The notes under the pieces were generated by a model. It was not told where the DNA came from, ran no database searches, and was given only the letters and a program-made list of their open reading frames with translations. A DNA stretch of 64,000 nt from Pecten maximus. Taxonomy: Eukaryota. Position numbers and translations under genes: made by a program. The stretch covers positions 29,946,001 through 30,010,000 of the forward strand of contig NC_047024.1 in NCBI RefSeq assembly GCF_902652985.1, in the 5' to 3' direction. Below are positions 12,491-24,943 of this stretch, in pieces (the stretch's first letter is position 1; every line of letters starts with the position of its first letter).

Positions 12491-15400
12491 TTTAGGACCA
12501 ATGTGAGCTTATGCCATACCGCGGTGTCCTGCGTACGTCGTCCGTCCGTCAACAATCGACTTCTGCTTCATAACCGCTGATTCAACAAAATTTGACCGGT
12601 AGCTTCATTATGTGGTTGGGATTAAAAGTTGTACAAATGGTGGGGCTGGCCCCTTTGGGGGCTGAGAGGCGGGGTCAAAAAGGGTCAATTTGGCTAAATT
12701 GATATAAACGACTTCTATTGAACTAAGCAATGGATATCACTCATATTTGTGTGAAAGCATCCTTATGGGGTTGGGATACAAAATTGTATAACTGGCGGGG
12801 CTGACACACTCTGGGGGCCTGAGGGGTGGGGTTTAAATGGGTCAACTTGGCTAAATGTATGTAAATGTCTTCTTCTCTGGAACTAAGTAATAGATATCAT
12901 AGATATATTTTTGTCTGGAAGCATTGTTATTGGGTGGGAATTCGAATTATATAAATGATGGGACTGACCCCTCGGGGGCCAGATGGGCAGGGCCAAAAGG
13001 GGTCAATTTAGCTAAATTGATATTAACGACTTCTTCTCCGAAACAAAGCAATGAATATTGCTCATATTTGATTAGCAGCATCCTTATGGGGTAGAAATAC
13101 AAAATATTATAAACGTTAGGCTGACCCCCTGGTTGCCTGAGGGGCGGGGCTAAAAGCTATAACATCTGATACTTGAGTACATTATTGGTGTTATATGAGA
13201 ATGTTTATGTATGTGGGAAGGGCGATGTTTATAGCATCAAAATTCAGAACGCGAACGTCACCAGAACGACCAACGCGAGTTAATTTAAAAGACGGAACAT
13301 GCTTACGAGCTTTTACGTGCAGAGGCGTGCTATACATTGTTGTCGTAAACTGGACAATTCACGCCGTATACATGAATTCAATGCTCGATAACGTATGACA
13401 GCTGATGTACAAACTGTAACAGTCTTACGAAATCAAAGGGCTTGTGATATAATGTATCAACAAAAGTATCCGAAGATGTACAGTAGACTTTTATTCACAC
13501 AATGTCATTTGGTATAATAATATAGTCTCTATAGGTGAGGAGTTTTACATTTTACACCGAAGATACCACACTTATTCTCAGTAAAATAATAAAACATGAC
13601 ATATCCATTAAAATAAGCTGGTTCTTAAAATATATTGCCTTTAAATTTAACGGACCGAATTAACCATTTAGACATACAATGTGAGGATTTTCAGAGATTG
13701 TCCCAGTCGGACAAACATGTACTTCGAGAGTATTAAATTCCGCGCAACCATGTGTTATTGCATTCTGCAGCAAACGCTCTTGTACGTTGAAGTGTATACT
13801 TAAATATTAGCTCATTATTCATTTCCACACTATCTAACGACTGAGAATATAGTGAGATATTAAATCCTCCCCGGATATTAACATCTACACAGTATATTGA
13901 AAAGAATTTTGTAGGGCTTACAGCACTGGAACTGTTTAGACTTTTGCATTGATCAGATGTCGTTTCAGGAAAGATAGAGATGCTGACAGACATAGTATAG
14001 TTACATTTCGCCACGGATTAAGAGTAAAAGTATTCTAGTGATTGGTCTGAAACTTTTGCGAAGATTAGCTATTGATTTCAAAACATTGGATTAGAATAAT
14101 ATTATGAGTGATATTATTGACCTCTTGGTAACCATTTTTGCATAATAACTGACATTTTAGACATAAAACTACTTTGGTCAGGCATCGTGTACGTAAACAT
14201 GCATTTTTTCTCTGGAACTAAGCGATGGATATTATTCAGATATGTTTGGTTGCATTGTTATGGGGTAGGAATTCAAAATTGTACATATGGTGAGGCTGAC
14301 CCCCGGGGCCTGAGTGGCGGGTCAAATTAAGGGTGGGATCAAAAGAGGTCAAGGGGTCAATTTGGCTAAATTGATGTAAACGACATCTTCTCTTAAACTA
14401 AGCAATGTATATAACTTGTAGTTGTCTGTCTGGTTACATCGTTTTGGAATAGGAATTCAAAATTGTGCAAGTGATGGGGTTGACCCCCTGGAAGTCAGAG
14501 GGTGGAGCCAAAAGGGGTCAATTTAGCTAAATTGATATTAACTACTTTTTCTCTGAAACTAAGCAATTGATATCGCTCCTTTCGCTCGATACAAAATTGT
14601 ACAAATGGTGAGGCTGACCCCCTGGGGGGATGAGAGGCGAGGCTAAACGGGTTCAATTTGGCTAAATTGATGTAAACAACTTCTCTGAAACTAAGCAATG
14701 GATATCAATCTTATTTAACTGGTAGCATCCTTATGGGTAAGGGATACAGAATTGTACAAATGGTGAGGCCGACCCCCTGGGGGCCTGAGAGGCTGGGCTA
14801 AAAGAGGTCAATTGGGCTAAATTGATGTAAACAACATCTTCTCTTAAACTAAGCAATGGATATAACTTATAGTTGTCTGTCTGGTTACATCGCTTTGGAA
14901 TAGGAATTCAAAATTGTGCAAGTGATGGGGTTGACCCCCTGGAGGTCAGAGGGTGGAGCCAAAAGGGGTCTTCTTCTCCGGAAGTAAGCAATGGATATCA
15001 ATCTTAATTGACTGGTAGCATCCCTAGGGGGTGGGGATTCAAAAATTATAAATGATCCAGCAGACCCCAAAGAGGCTGAGGGGTGGGACCAAAAGGGGTC
15101 AATTTGGCTAAAGATATATAAACGACTTCTCTAAACCTAAGTTATGTACATCGCTTATATTTGATTGGTAGCATCCGTATGGGATAGGGATTCAAAATTA
15201 TACAAATGGTGGGGCAAACCCTCTGGGGGCTTAAGAGGAGGAGGGGGGGTCCATATGACAATATTGATATTAATGACTCTGGAACTAAGCAATGTATGAC
15301 ATTGATATTTCAGTGGTAACATCCCCAGAAGGCTGGGATTCACATTTATACAAATAATGGGACTGACACCCTCTACCCCACTCCAACCACTACCCACCCC

Positions 15401-15778
15401 CAACCCCACTCCTTGGGGTCTGTTGTTTTCCCCCACCCCTGAAGACTTATTTATTTTGTTTTATCTTTGAAACCATTCAGATTCCTACCCCATAATCATA
15501 TAATATAACCTTGCTGGACATCAAGAGATGAACAAAACCCTGATGTAAAAATAGGCCCAGGGGTCTTTCCCCACCCCAAGGGACCTATAGTTACCTTTAA
15601 AATAATCATGATTAATCTTGACTTTGTTTCTGGGTTAAATCTTTAAAGCAGTTGAGATCCCCACAACATGATCATACATCAACAAAAAAAGTTATTAGCA
15701 AATGGAACATAAACATTATTTTGATATTCAACTGAAGTAAACCAGGTGAGCGATACAGGCCTTTTGGGCCCCTTGTTT
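12491..15778 (+). mobile_element. HINE/pearl-like non-autonomous Helentron-associated element with ~160-bp tandem core repeats
   Basis: 5' GTGAGC sub-TIR remnant plus (GTCC)n microsatellite at ~12535; ~160-bp G-rich monomers; 3' end CCAGGTGAGCGATACAGGCCTTTTGGGCCCCTTGTTT (sub-TIR, hairpin, T-rich end). Confidence 0.8.
13158..14207 (+). repeat. Copy B of segment 8139-9137, inserted inside the HINE satellite array
   Basis: Flanked on both sides by 160-bp monomer sequence (…GGGGCGGGGCTAAAAGC | TTCTCTGGAACTAAGC…). Confidence 0.9.
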
Positions 15779-15827
15779 CATACTGATCACCCCCCAATTT
15801 TACATGTTATACTCAATAAAATATTTA

Positions 15828-15862
<35 letters not shown>

Positions 15863-17409
15863 ATTTACACTCATACGCATAAACACAGGACCAAGTATCT
15901 CGTTTAATTCTCTACAATACCACTAAGAACGAAAGCTAATATCCTACTAAAGTAGCTGTTTGTATTTCAGATTTGTTTTCGTGACTTTTGTGATAAGTTT
16001 TTCTTAGTTAATATTTCTATTATTAATTCTATCCACGGGTTTTTTTTTGTTTTCTTTATGCTGGTTTCGGTGTGGTTAAAAAGGACAAGAAAATAACAAA
16101 GACCCCATACAATGTTTCGTGATTAAAAGCTGGTTTGGGTGTGGTTCAAAATACAGGAAAAATAACCACAGATCCGATATAAATTACGCATTGTCTAAAG
16201 TTGTGATCTCATCAAGTAAGGCATTGTTCAGGCCAGCACCTGTTCACAGCTGTAACGGCTGTAATTATGTTGAAAAGGATTGACCTTTCATTGACGCAGG
16301 TGTCTCAGTAAATCAATTTTGTACGGACAGCATGATACTTGACATAAACAACACGATCAGTAGATAACATCAAAACTAATCTTCGTCATACTATCAGAAG
16401 GGTTCAAGCAATTGCATTGTATATTTCAAAATATGAAGAAGTGCATTTTTCATTTTGCTTAGGAATACAAATAAACATCACTTTTCGGATTTTCGTCAAG
16501 GAAAAAAATAGCAACTTTAGGAATATAAAATTATGAAATTATATATATTTTATCAAAGCGAAAATTTTTGCAACGGTGTGTAAGCGCCATTCTAAACACA
16601 AAGTTTGTCAATGTCGTCTGCTAGTGACGCGCTGATCTGACCGTTATTTATGGAAACCCTTTCAAACGAAATGTCCTTGGAATTTGTCACCTATTTCACA
16701 GGAGGACTTTCATTTATCAATTCTAAATTGATATTCTGAAAATAATTTAAGTCCATTTGGTGACAAATAGTCATTTCCGTGGATACAACTATTGAGGACA
16801 TACCGCGAAGCGCATGCGCAGATTTCTCCCTGAAGGAGAACGAATTTCTTACATAGATGATAATAATAGCGGCATTTCAGAAGAAAAAATTAAGATTAAG
16901 ATTAAAAAATGGATACCTCTGAAAACTAGTTTTGACATTTCTTCGTTAACATTATATACAAACTTGATCATGTGTTTACATAAATCTAACAATGACGGCT
17001 TTTATTTCAAACCATCAAAATAGTAAACAACTGTGATTAAAAAGTCAACAAGATGACACTTTTGTGAAATAAATAAAAAGTGTTCAAACCATAGTATGTG
17101 CTCGTTGTTTATAGTGACCAGAGGAGCTTCATTATTTTACCGGAAATACTGGCTCTTCTGGGAATTGAACATGCTTGTGTCAGTGTAAGCGACAAATTCA
17201 ACGTCCTTTTTGTTTCAGTTGAAGAACAATAAGTCAAAATATAAATATAAGTATTTATTGTTTTCAAATTCTAGTATACATTCGATATAAATGCAATATT
17301 GGTGACAGATAAATATTCATGTCGCCCTAACATGTGACATTTTATTGGTGTATATCCCAAATTGTGATTATATACTAGCATCTGATAATAGTTCAATGCC
17401 TAAACATTT

Positions 17410-17760
17410 CCCTCAATATATCTTTTAAGATAAATAAAATATTTTATAAAGAAAAACTATTATATAAGATATCTTAGATCTTTTATTAGATATCTTATAG
17501 ATTTTGTAAGATATAATATGTATCTTATAAAAGATATAAACTTTAGATATCCTGTCAATATGTAAGATATCTTATAAACAAAAAGATGTCTCCGTAAACA
17601 TGTAAGATATCTTATGGAGAAGTTAGACATTTAAAATAATAAATAAGACATTTTATACAATATATACAATACCTTATATAATTTAGTATGTTACTGAATC
17701 AACATTGATATTATGAATAAATGACATCTTGGTTTCCCATACATGTTTATCAACTTTGTG
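17410..17760. repeat. AT-rich (TAAGATATCTTA)-motif array plus one arm shared with 18635-18960
   Basis: Repeated TAAGATATCTTA palindromes followed by ATCAACATTG...GAATAAATGACA-CTTGG-TT-CCATACATG. Confidence 0.6.
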
Positions 17761-17767
17761 AAGATTG

Positions 17768-18090
17768 GTTTCTACCACAATAGGTGGGTGTAATTCACCT
17801 CCCAAGGCATGCAATAATCATTACAACTGTTGAATAACATTCACTTTATACCATACGTTGAATAAACCCTAAACGCGTTTTGATTGGTTGACACGGTGGC
17901 ATTTGACCGGAGCTGAAATTGTAATTAACGTCATCAATAATCGAATGACGTCACATCACCGGGTCCCTGCCGTCACTTATAAACCTTATTTGCATGCGCG
18001 AAATAACAGGTCACACGACTCGTGATTTTTGGATATGGAATTTATTTCAAATTCGTAAGTTATTTTTTAAAAGCCACAAAAAGATTTTGT
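17768..18090. mobile_element. Partial copy (inverted) of the palindromic element at 28280-28730
   Basis: TTTCTACCACAATA...GAATGACGTCACATC...CTCGTGATT...GATATGGAATTTATTTC...CGTAAGTTATTTTTTAAAAG matches the reverse complement of about 28350-28730. Confidence 0.7.
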
Positions 18091-18231
18091 CAGATTAACG
18101 AGTACACGACGAACAACTGCATTCGATGAAGTTCAGTCGTTCATTCTATTATCATGCTTTTCCTTTCAAAATGAAAATTATAGCGTTGCTGTTGTTTATA
18201 GGGAGGTAAAGCAAACGTGTACGTAACTTGA

Positions 18232-18267
<36 letters not shown>

Positions 18268-18634
18268 ATTTCTTATGTGTATGACGTCATGATTTTCTGT
18301 CATCGAGCACCGTCTACACGTTGGCAGTAACTTGTGCGGCGGACTTACACGTAAGTACAAAACGTGTAGCTTTCTATGATAAATGTATTCATCAATGAAA
18401 AGTTGTCATCGCATGAATTTTAAGATATTTTTCCACCCTGTTCAATGGATTAAATACCGTCGCATCCCCGTATTCCGTGGTAGTAGTTATAAATGTCAAA
18501 AAGTCCTATATTTCTTATATGAATTAAACATTACCTTTTTAGTGTAAAATCATTGAAAGGGCTAATAGATTGCTCGAGTGAATTGAGGGTCTTACCGATA
18601 CTGTAATTTTGGATTTTATTCTTGCAAACAAGCT

Positions 18635-18960
18635 GACAAAGTTGCATGTATGGCAAGCCAAGTTGTCATTTATTCGCGAAGCAATGTTGATCCAGTATTT
18701 TACCAAATTATATAAGATATCTCATTTAATTGTCTTTATAAGATATCTTATATAATATATAAGATATCTTATATACTTTATAAGATATCTTATATATTTT
18801 ATGAGATATCTTATATAGTATATAAGATATCTCATAAAAATATATATATAAGATATCTCATAAAGATATAAGATATCTTATAAAGTTTATAAGATATCTT
18901 ATATAATTTGGGTAATGCCTGGATCAACGTTGCTCCGTGAATAAATGACAACTTGATTTA
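18635..18960. repeat. Foldback/MITE-like palindrome centred on a (TAAGATATCTTA) array
   Basis: AAGTTGTCATTTATTC...ATGTTGATCCAG-ATT-TACCAAATTATAT (18660-18715) is inverted at 18900-18955. Confidence 0.65.
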
Positions 18961-19537
18961 ATTTTCCTATGTATACATACATATTCGCATATGTGAACAT
19001 TTGATTCATGAATTACCATTTACCCAAATTATTAGTGTACTGTTCTATTGATGAATGAATACATGTGCATATGTGCTGGTGTATGTACAATGTATATGTT
19101 CATTGAAGACTCGTGTATGTGGATTGGTGGAAGCGAATGTGAACGAGTACGTGATTGTGTGTATTGATGTGTTTACGGTTTGTACCCGCCAAATATGCAT
19201 GCTGATGCTTATTGGGCATGTGATATCATATACACATATGGCTGTGTGTTTAGTAAACAGCAGGCCAAATTACAATCATTCCCCCCTCAATACTTAATGC
19301 CAATCCGATGTAATATAACAATTTCCATTTCAATTTTAATGTTTTGTTACTACTTATGTTATTGTACTGTGGTGACTTATAAAACGTACCTTCTTATTCC
19401 TATTGATAAGTCATTTGTACTACTAAACTCTAGTTAATTTATTACTAAGTTGTACTGGTAACCAAACGTGATGGCTCGCTACGATTTTGCTTAGATTATC
19501 GTTTATTGAACCAGGTGACCCAAAAAGATTGTTTTTC

Positions 19538-20900
19538 GCTACCTAGGATCGATGACTCGTTAGGCGCACTCAAAGGCTCAAAATGGTTTTCGACGCTGGA
19601 CCTCGCCAGTGGTTACTGGCAGGTAGAAATGGACGAAAGAGATAAGCATCTTTTGTAACCACAGGTGGTATTTTCCCAATTTAACGCCATGCCTTTCGGC
19701 TTGTGCAACGCGCCTGCCACTTTTGAACGCCTCATGGACTGTGTCCTGGCAGGACTGCACTGGGAAACCTGTCTCATTTACTTAGACAACATCATCATTT
19801 TTGCTCTTGATTTTGAAACCCACCTAGAACGTCTAGCAGAAGTACTCACCAGACTCCGTACTGCTGGTCTTAAAGTGTCACCTAAAAAGTGCGATTTCTT
19901 CAAGAAAAGAGTGTCATTCCTTGGACATATAGTCTCAGACGAGGGAATAGCTACAGATCCTGCCAAAGTTGAAGCTGTGAAGGAGTGGCCACAGCCAAAG
20001 TCTGTTCATGACATTAGAAGTTTCCTTGGGACTTGCTCTTATTACAGGAAGTTTATCAAAGATTTCTCAAACATTGCAAGACCATTAAATAAACTGACTG
20101 AGGAAGCTGAGAACTTTAAATGGACGTCCGATTGTCAGGAATCGTTTGAGAGGTTGAAGCAAGCTCTTACATCAGCGCCGATACTACAGTATCCCAATTT
20201 GGAGTTACCATTTGTACTGGACTGCGATGCTAGTGGGTACGGAGTTGGAGCAGTCCTTTCGCGACATTGGTCAATCTATCATCTGTACATGAATCTACTG
20301 GATATATACTGGGAAATAGAGTTACCATTGGACCTATTATATGGAAGGCCTCCAGATGTGGAGGAAGATGATCCTTCAGATCTGCCAGAATTCGTCGAAA
20401 AAACTGCGTCAAAGATTGTGGCGGGTGCATGAAAACGCCCGCAACAATATGGTTGAGGCTAGTGATAGGCAGAAAAAGACCTATGATCATCGAGCCAACC
20501 AGCGATATTACCAGGTGGGGATGCCGTCTGGCTGAGGGACAGAAGAAAACGTAAGGGAGTCTCGCCTAAGTTACAAAGTCGTTGGAACGGACCATTCCTA
20601 ATTACAGAAAGACGAGATGACCTAGTATATTTAATTCAGAAGAACAGACGGAGGAAACCCATACCCGTACACCACGACAATCTTAAACTATTTCATGGAG
20701 AGGTGGACATTTTTTAGAGGCAAGAGAGTCAGAGACGGTATCATAACCAAGGGTATTGTCCGTACCAGATCAGTCGGAGGTTAATATCGAAACTTCCGAA
20801 AGGGAAAATAAAACTTGAAATTGTAATGCTCAGGACGGGCTACGACGGGGAAACAGAATTAGGAAACCACCGAAGTGGATGAGCTCGTTCCAGGTCTAAA
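19538..20900 (+). pseudogene. pol: Ty3/Gypsy pol remnant (RT, start of RNase H, integrase C-terminal region)
   Basis: LPRIDDSL...FSTLDLASGYWQV, MPFGLCNAPATFERLM, YLDN (mutated YLDD), FLGHIVS, SFLGTCSYYRKFI, F-L-CDASGYGVGAVLS, then a deletion joining to post-integrase sequence (LPLDLLYG...ARNNM...RQKKTYD...PKLQSRWNGPF). Contains frameshifts. Confidence 0.93.
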
Positions 20901-21329
20901 TGAAAGACAGTAGAGTATAGAAATTGTTTTATCATATACATGGACGGAAAGCGCCGCAAGTTGTAAGAATGGTTAGCGTGTAGCAGCTAACATAGGCCCT
21001 GTGCAGGAAAACAGGCAGAATTAATGCAGGGATACGCTTTATTGGCTGTAAAAAATGTATGGATCTCTCCTTGGACATCGTAACAGTTTTTCGTCAGGGC
21101 CTGACGACCGTCACTGATGACTCATCCTTTCCTGGGCCAAGAGGAAAGAAGTCAGATGTTCCTTGCTTTCAAGCAGGAAGAGAAGACCAGCAGAAACTGT
21201 TTAAAGAAAGAAATATTTTGATTTATGTACCATAACCCATATACCAATCTCTTTCTATAACTATATATGGACTCACGAGCCTATACTTTGTCCATAGAAG
21301 TAATGTACTCAATATTTGTATTTTACAGA

Positions 21330-22521
21330 ATGTTCCAATGCATAGAATGCTACAAGAAGTGCCCAACAATGAAGGGGTTAAACCAACATATCCAGGATTA
21401 ACACGGACAAAAGGAGAGGTGCCCCCATGAAGGGTGTGAATATACCTATCCAAGGGGTCGTACTGCACATCTGGACTCTCACTTGTTTCGTGTCCATAGG
21501 GTTATGAAGAGCCCAGCCATAAGGAGGAATCCTGTGACTCCTAGGGTAGCGAGTGTGGTCCGGCTAGTAAGATCAATAGCGGCCACCTCGTCGACCAGTG
21601 ACGTTCAACATGTATCGGCCATTTAAGAGAGTGCAGATGGGTTTTTTGGCTTCTGCAGGCCGCTTCATTCACTAGAAAGGATCACCCTTGGCAAATTTGA
21701 GGCAGGGTTATTCCAAGAACCACCCCGGAAGCTTATAAAACTCAGCTCTAATGATGTTGATGATACTACATCGGAGACGGCCACCGTTCCCACGGAACGG
21801 AAAGCGGCGATTCCTGAGACGGGTACCCTTCCTTCAGGTCAGGAAGAAGAGAAGTCCCCACCGAAGACAGACACCCTTCCTGCAGGCCAGGGAAGAAGGG
21901 GCGGGAGTATCAGGAACTGACACCCTTCCTGCATGCCAGGAAGAAGGAGAAGAGACATATTCAGAGGCAGACACCCTTCCGGCAGGCCCAGAGGAGGAGA
22001 AGATCCGTGAGTCTTCCGCTCTTCCTGTGGAACAGGAAAAGACTCGAGAGGAGAAGCCCTTGGGAGCTCGGGCTGTCAGCCTTCTGAGGACAGGAGGAAT
22101 GCCGGTCTTTCCTCCTGCGCCTCGACGGTGGGAGCAGGTCGAGGATGAATCCATCTCCGTATTACCTGACCTACTCTGGCCTCCTCGGGATTGGAAGAAG
22201 GCGACACCAGATGGAAAACTGTTGCTGTGGGAGATGGCGGCGGTCATGTTGTGTGGGCAGTCTGCTGGCAGACAGACGATACTTGGCCGCACACAGTTCC
22301 TGTGTTTGCCAGGAGGGCGGATGCCGACATTAGAGGAAGAAGATCGACAGTCAGCGCTGGCGCGATATTTCACATACTTGGCGGTAAAGAAGGTAGCAGA
22401 GACAGGAAGGGATGCAGCAGGTCTGGTCGTCGCTCTGGAGGCAGTTGGAAGAGACGCAGGACTGGATCCTTGCCTGGACTCGATGGAGGGTGTGCCGCTG
22501 GACCTTTTCGTGGAAAATTAA
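21330..22521 (+). pseudogene. Extra (post-pol) ORF of the Gypsy element: two N-terminal C2H2 zinc fingers, acidic repeats, unknown C-terminal domain; disrupted
   Basis: Acceptor-like TTTGTATTTTACAG just before ATG 21330; MFQCIECYKKCPTMKGLNQHIQD*H and CPHEGCEYTYPRGRTAHLDSHLFRVH; four (D/G)TLP(A/S)xxEE-like repeats; C-terminal GGMPVFPPAPRRW...WPPRDW...LLLWEMAA. Contains stops and frameshifts. Confidence 0.7.
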
Positions 22522-24219
22522 ACCGTTAACTTTGAACTATAAAGATTAAATTATATAGGTATATGGGCAAGGTACGTATTTATTATATTAAGTAATGTAT
22601 TCTTGTGGAAGGTAAAATTTATCTTAGGTTTGCATGATTTATCGTATATTGCAGTAAAAAAAAGGAACTAACTCAGTACAGTCTGTGGTAAAATACTTTA
22701 GTGAACCGTCCGTGTAGACGAAATATTTTGCAGTAAATTTTAGTTTTGAGAAGTTTGGTTAAAGTATTATCAAGTAATATAAATCATATCTCCTTGATGG
22801 AGTACCATACGGACCGTGTATGCTGTACTTAGGAGATATATCTGTCTCATTCGTGAACTTTGGTTGTTGGGTACGGAGCTATCAGACCATTGTGGAATGG
22901 AACCATTAACTACTGAAAAATTATATTGAACACTATGTACGTTTTTTGTATAGTTAAGATTATTACTACTGCAGAGTGTGTGTTTAGAGGCACGGATGAA
23001 TGAGAGGACAGCGGAAGTTATTTTTTTTTTACTTTGGTCGCTTGGTTACGGAATACCAGACCATTTGTGTATGGATTCTTATATATGCAATGTAGTTCAT
23101 GAAAAATTGTTATAAGTTCCGGTTAGTGAAAGGAATTTGGAAGTTAGGAAATTTTGAAAGAAGTGATTGATTAGTGTTATATTACTTAATAAATATCTGT
23201 ATATACATTTGTAGTTGAAGTTAGTGGAAGGAAAACTATTTCAGTAATTTGTCTTTAGTGGTAAAGGATTTTTTTTCATTTGTTAATTAGCATTGACGTG
23301 GACGTCAATTCTTTTAAAGTTGAGGGTAATGAAGCGAATTTAGGGCTGGGGGGGGGGGGGGGGGGATATTAGTGTAAAGATCGTGACGGTCATGCTCATT
23401 ACAACAGCTGCTTTTGTTTACTGTCTGTCACAGCTGTTGGATGATTCGTGTAGTAAGAACGTGTTCATTGTATAACCACTATGTAATACAGATGTATTAT
23501 GTATAGTTTGTGTCAGTGAGTTAAAAGTATCACATGGAAGCTGGTAGTTTCAGAACGATGGCTGGTCAGGGCATCACACTGTGCATTATTCATTTACGGC
23601 CGCCATGTTTGCAGCCTTACGTCATAGGCATTCAGCGTCTCAAGACATTGTATTTAATAACGTATCATTATTTAGACCTTACTTTGTAAAAGCAGTGATG
23701 TTCCAGATTGTTTGAATACATAATACATCCAGCACGTAATAATTCCAGGTTTACTATTCGCTAAATTATTGTATTTGATATTTGAGTCATTCCCTCTCGT
23801 TACTTTCAAGAGTGAGCTGGGCTAGGTTGTCGCTTCGGATGCGAATTGAAAAGTAGTTATGATTGCGATGTGAGTTTATTGTAGTAAGAAAGTAGAGAAT
23901 GCTAATAAGAAACTTGTATAGTTAACAGATTGTATTTATTGAAAGTTAGTAGCATATTTTACAATTTACTCCGGAACTATCTGATTGTAGTTCCACGGAA
24001 GATTCTTCCAAGTTGGTGTAAAAAAGGCTAATTTTGGCATCTCTGACCATATTTGGAAGAATTTGCAAACATGGCCACCCGAAAGGTATAAAAGGCCGCG
24101 AGCATTTCAGAATGTTATCCTTGTCCTGTTGACAAACCCGTAGATTACTACGCCTCAAGTCTATCGTAGCATAAAGTAAAGGGAAACAACTCTTACAATA
24201 ATGTTATACCGTCTAGGGA

Positions 24220-24832
24220 TAATATGTAGATATTCGATATCACTACGTATTATTAGCATATTCGTCATATATTTCACATTCATATTGCTAGGGTTAATAC
24301 GTAGATATTTGGTTGCTCTACGTATTAATAGCAAATGTCATTCTGCATTTGCTTATCTGTTTTAAAGATTGTTATTGTAATTCATCATATTTAATACGCA
24401 GATTTTTGGTACCTTTGCGTATGCATAGCAAATGACATTCTTCATTTGCTACACTATTTGCTAACGATATATTGTTGAGATTATTAGTATTTAATACGTA
24501 GAGATTTTGATTTGCTGCGTATTAATAACAAATGTTATTCTACATTTGCTATACTATTTAAGGCTCTAATATTTTGGTTACTATTACATATTTAATACGT
24601 AGATCTTTGATATCTTTACGTATGAGTAGCAATGACGTTCTACATTTGCTAGTTTGAGTATAGAATATTGTACAGCCTAAATCCTAATTTATATATTAGG
24701 ATATCTAGGTATTTTATAACATTAACTAGTAAACGAGTATTACTGTAGTATAATTACTTTCTACTAATTATGATTAATACGTAGATCTTTGGCTTCTCTA
24801 CGTATTGTAGCAAGTGATATTCTGCATTTGCT
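24220..24832. repeat. Array of ~59-bp double-hairpin repeats separated by divergent spacers, inside the LTR
   Basis: TAATACGTAG-N~12-CTACGTA...AGCAAATG-N8-CATTTGCT at 24294, 24391, 24491, 24592 and 24774, plus a degenerate copy at ~24220. Confidence 0.85.
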
Positions 24833-24943
24833 AACTGACGATTACTTGAATAGTTTGCAGTTAAACAGTTAACAGTGATACTTGACTGTACCGTGCCTTG
24901 TTAGTAGCTAAATTGTATTACACAAGGTCGAATTGAGTCTATA

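Noticed and set aside
15829-15859. Poly-C/poly-G tracts (also 18233-18265, 23348-23365, 56979-56997)
   Set aside because: Simple homopolymers with error-prone lengths; no function supportable.
21751-21890. Arg-rich N-terminus of the 256-aa ORF
   Set aside because: Wrong frame; the ancestral frame (DDTTSETATVPTE...TLPSGQEEE) joins by a frameshift near 21890.
24220-24832. CRISPR array (palindromic repeats with ~40-nt spacers)
   Set aside because: Eukaryotic LTR context, repeats too long and variable, no cas genes; kept as a structured repeat array instead.
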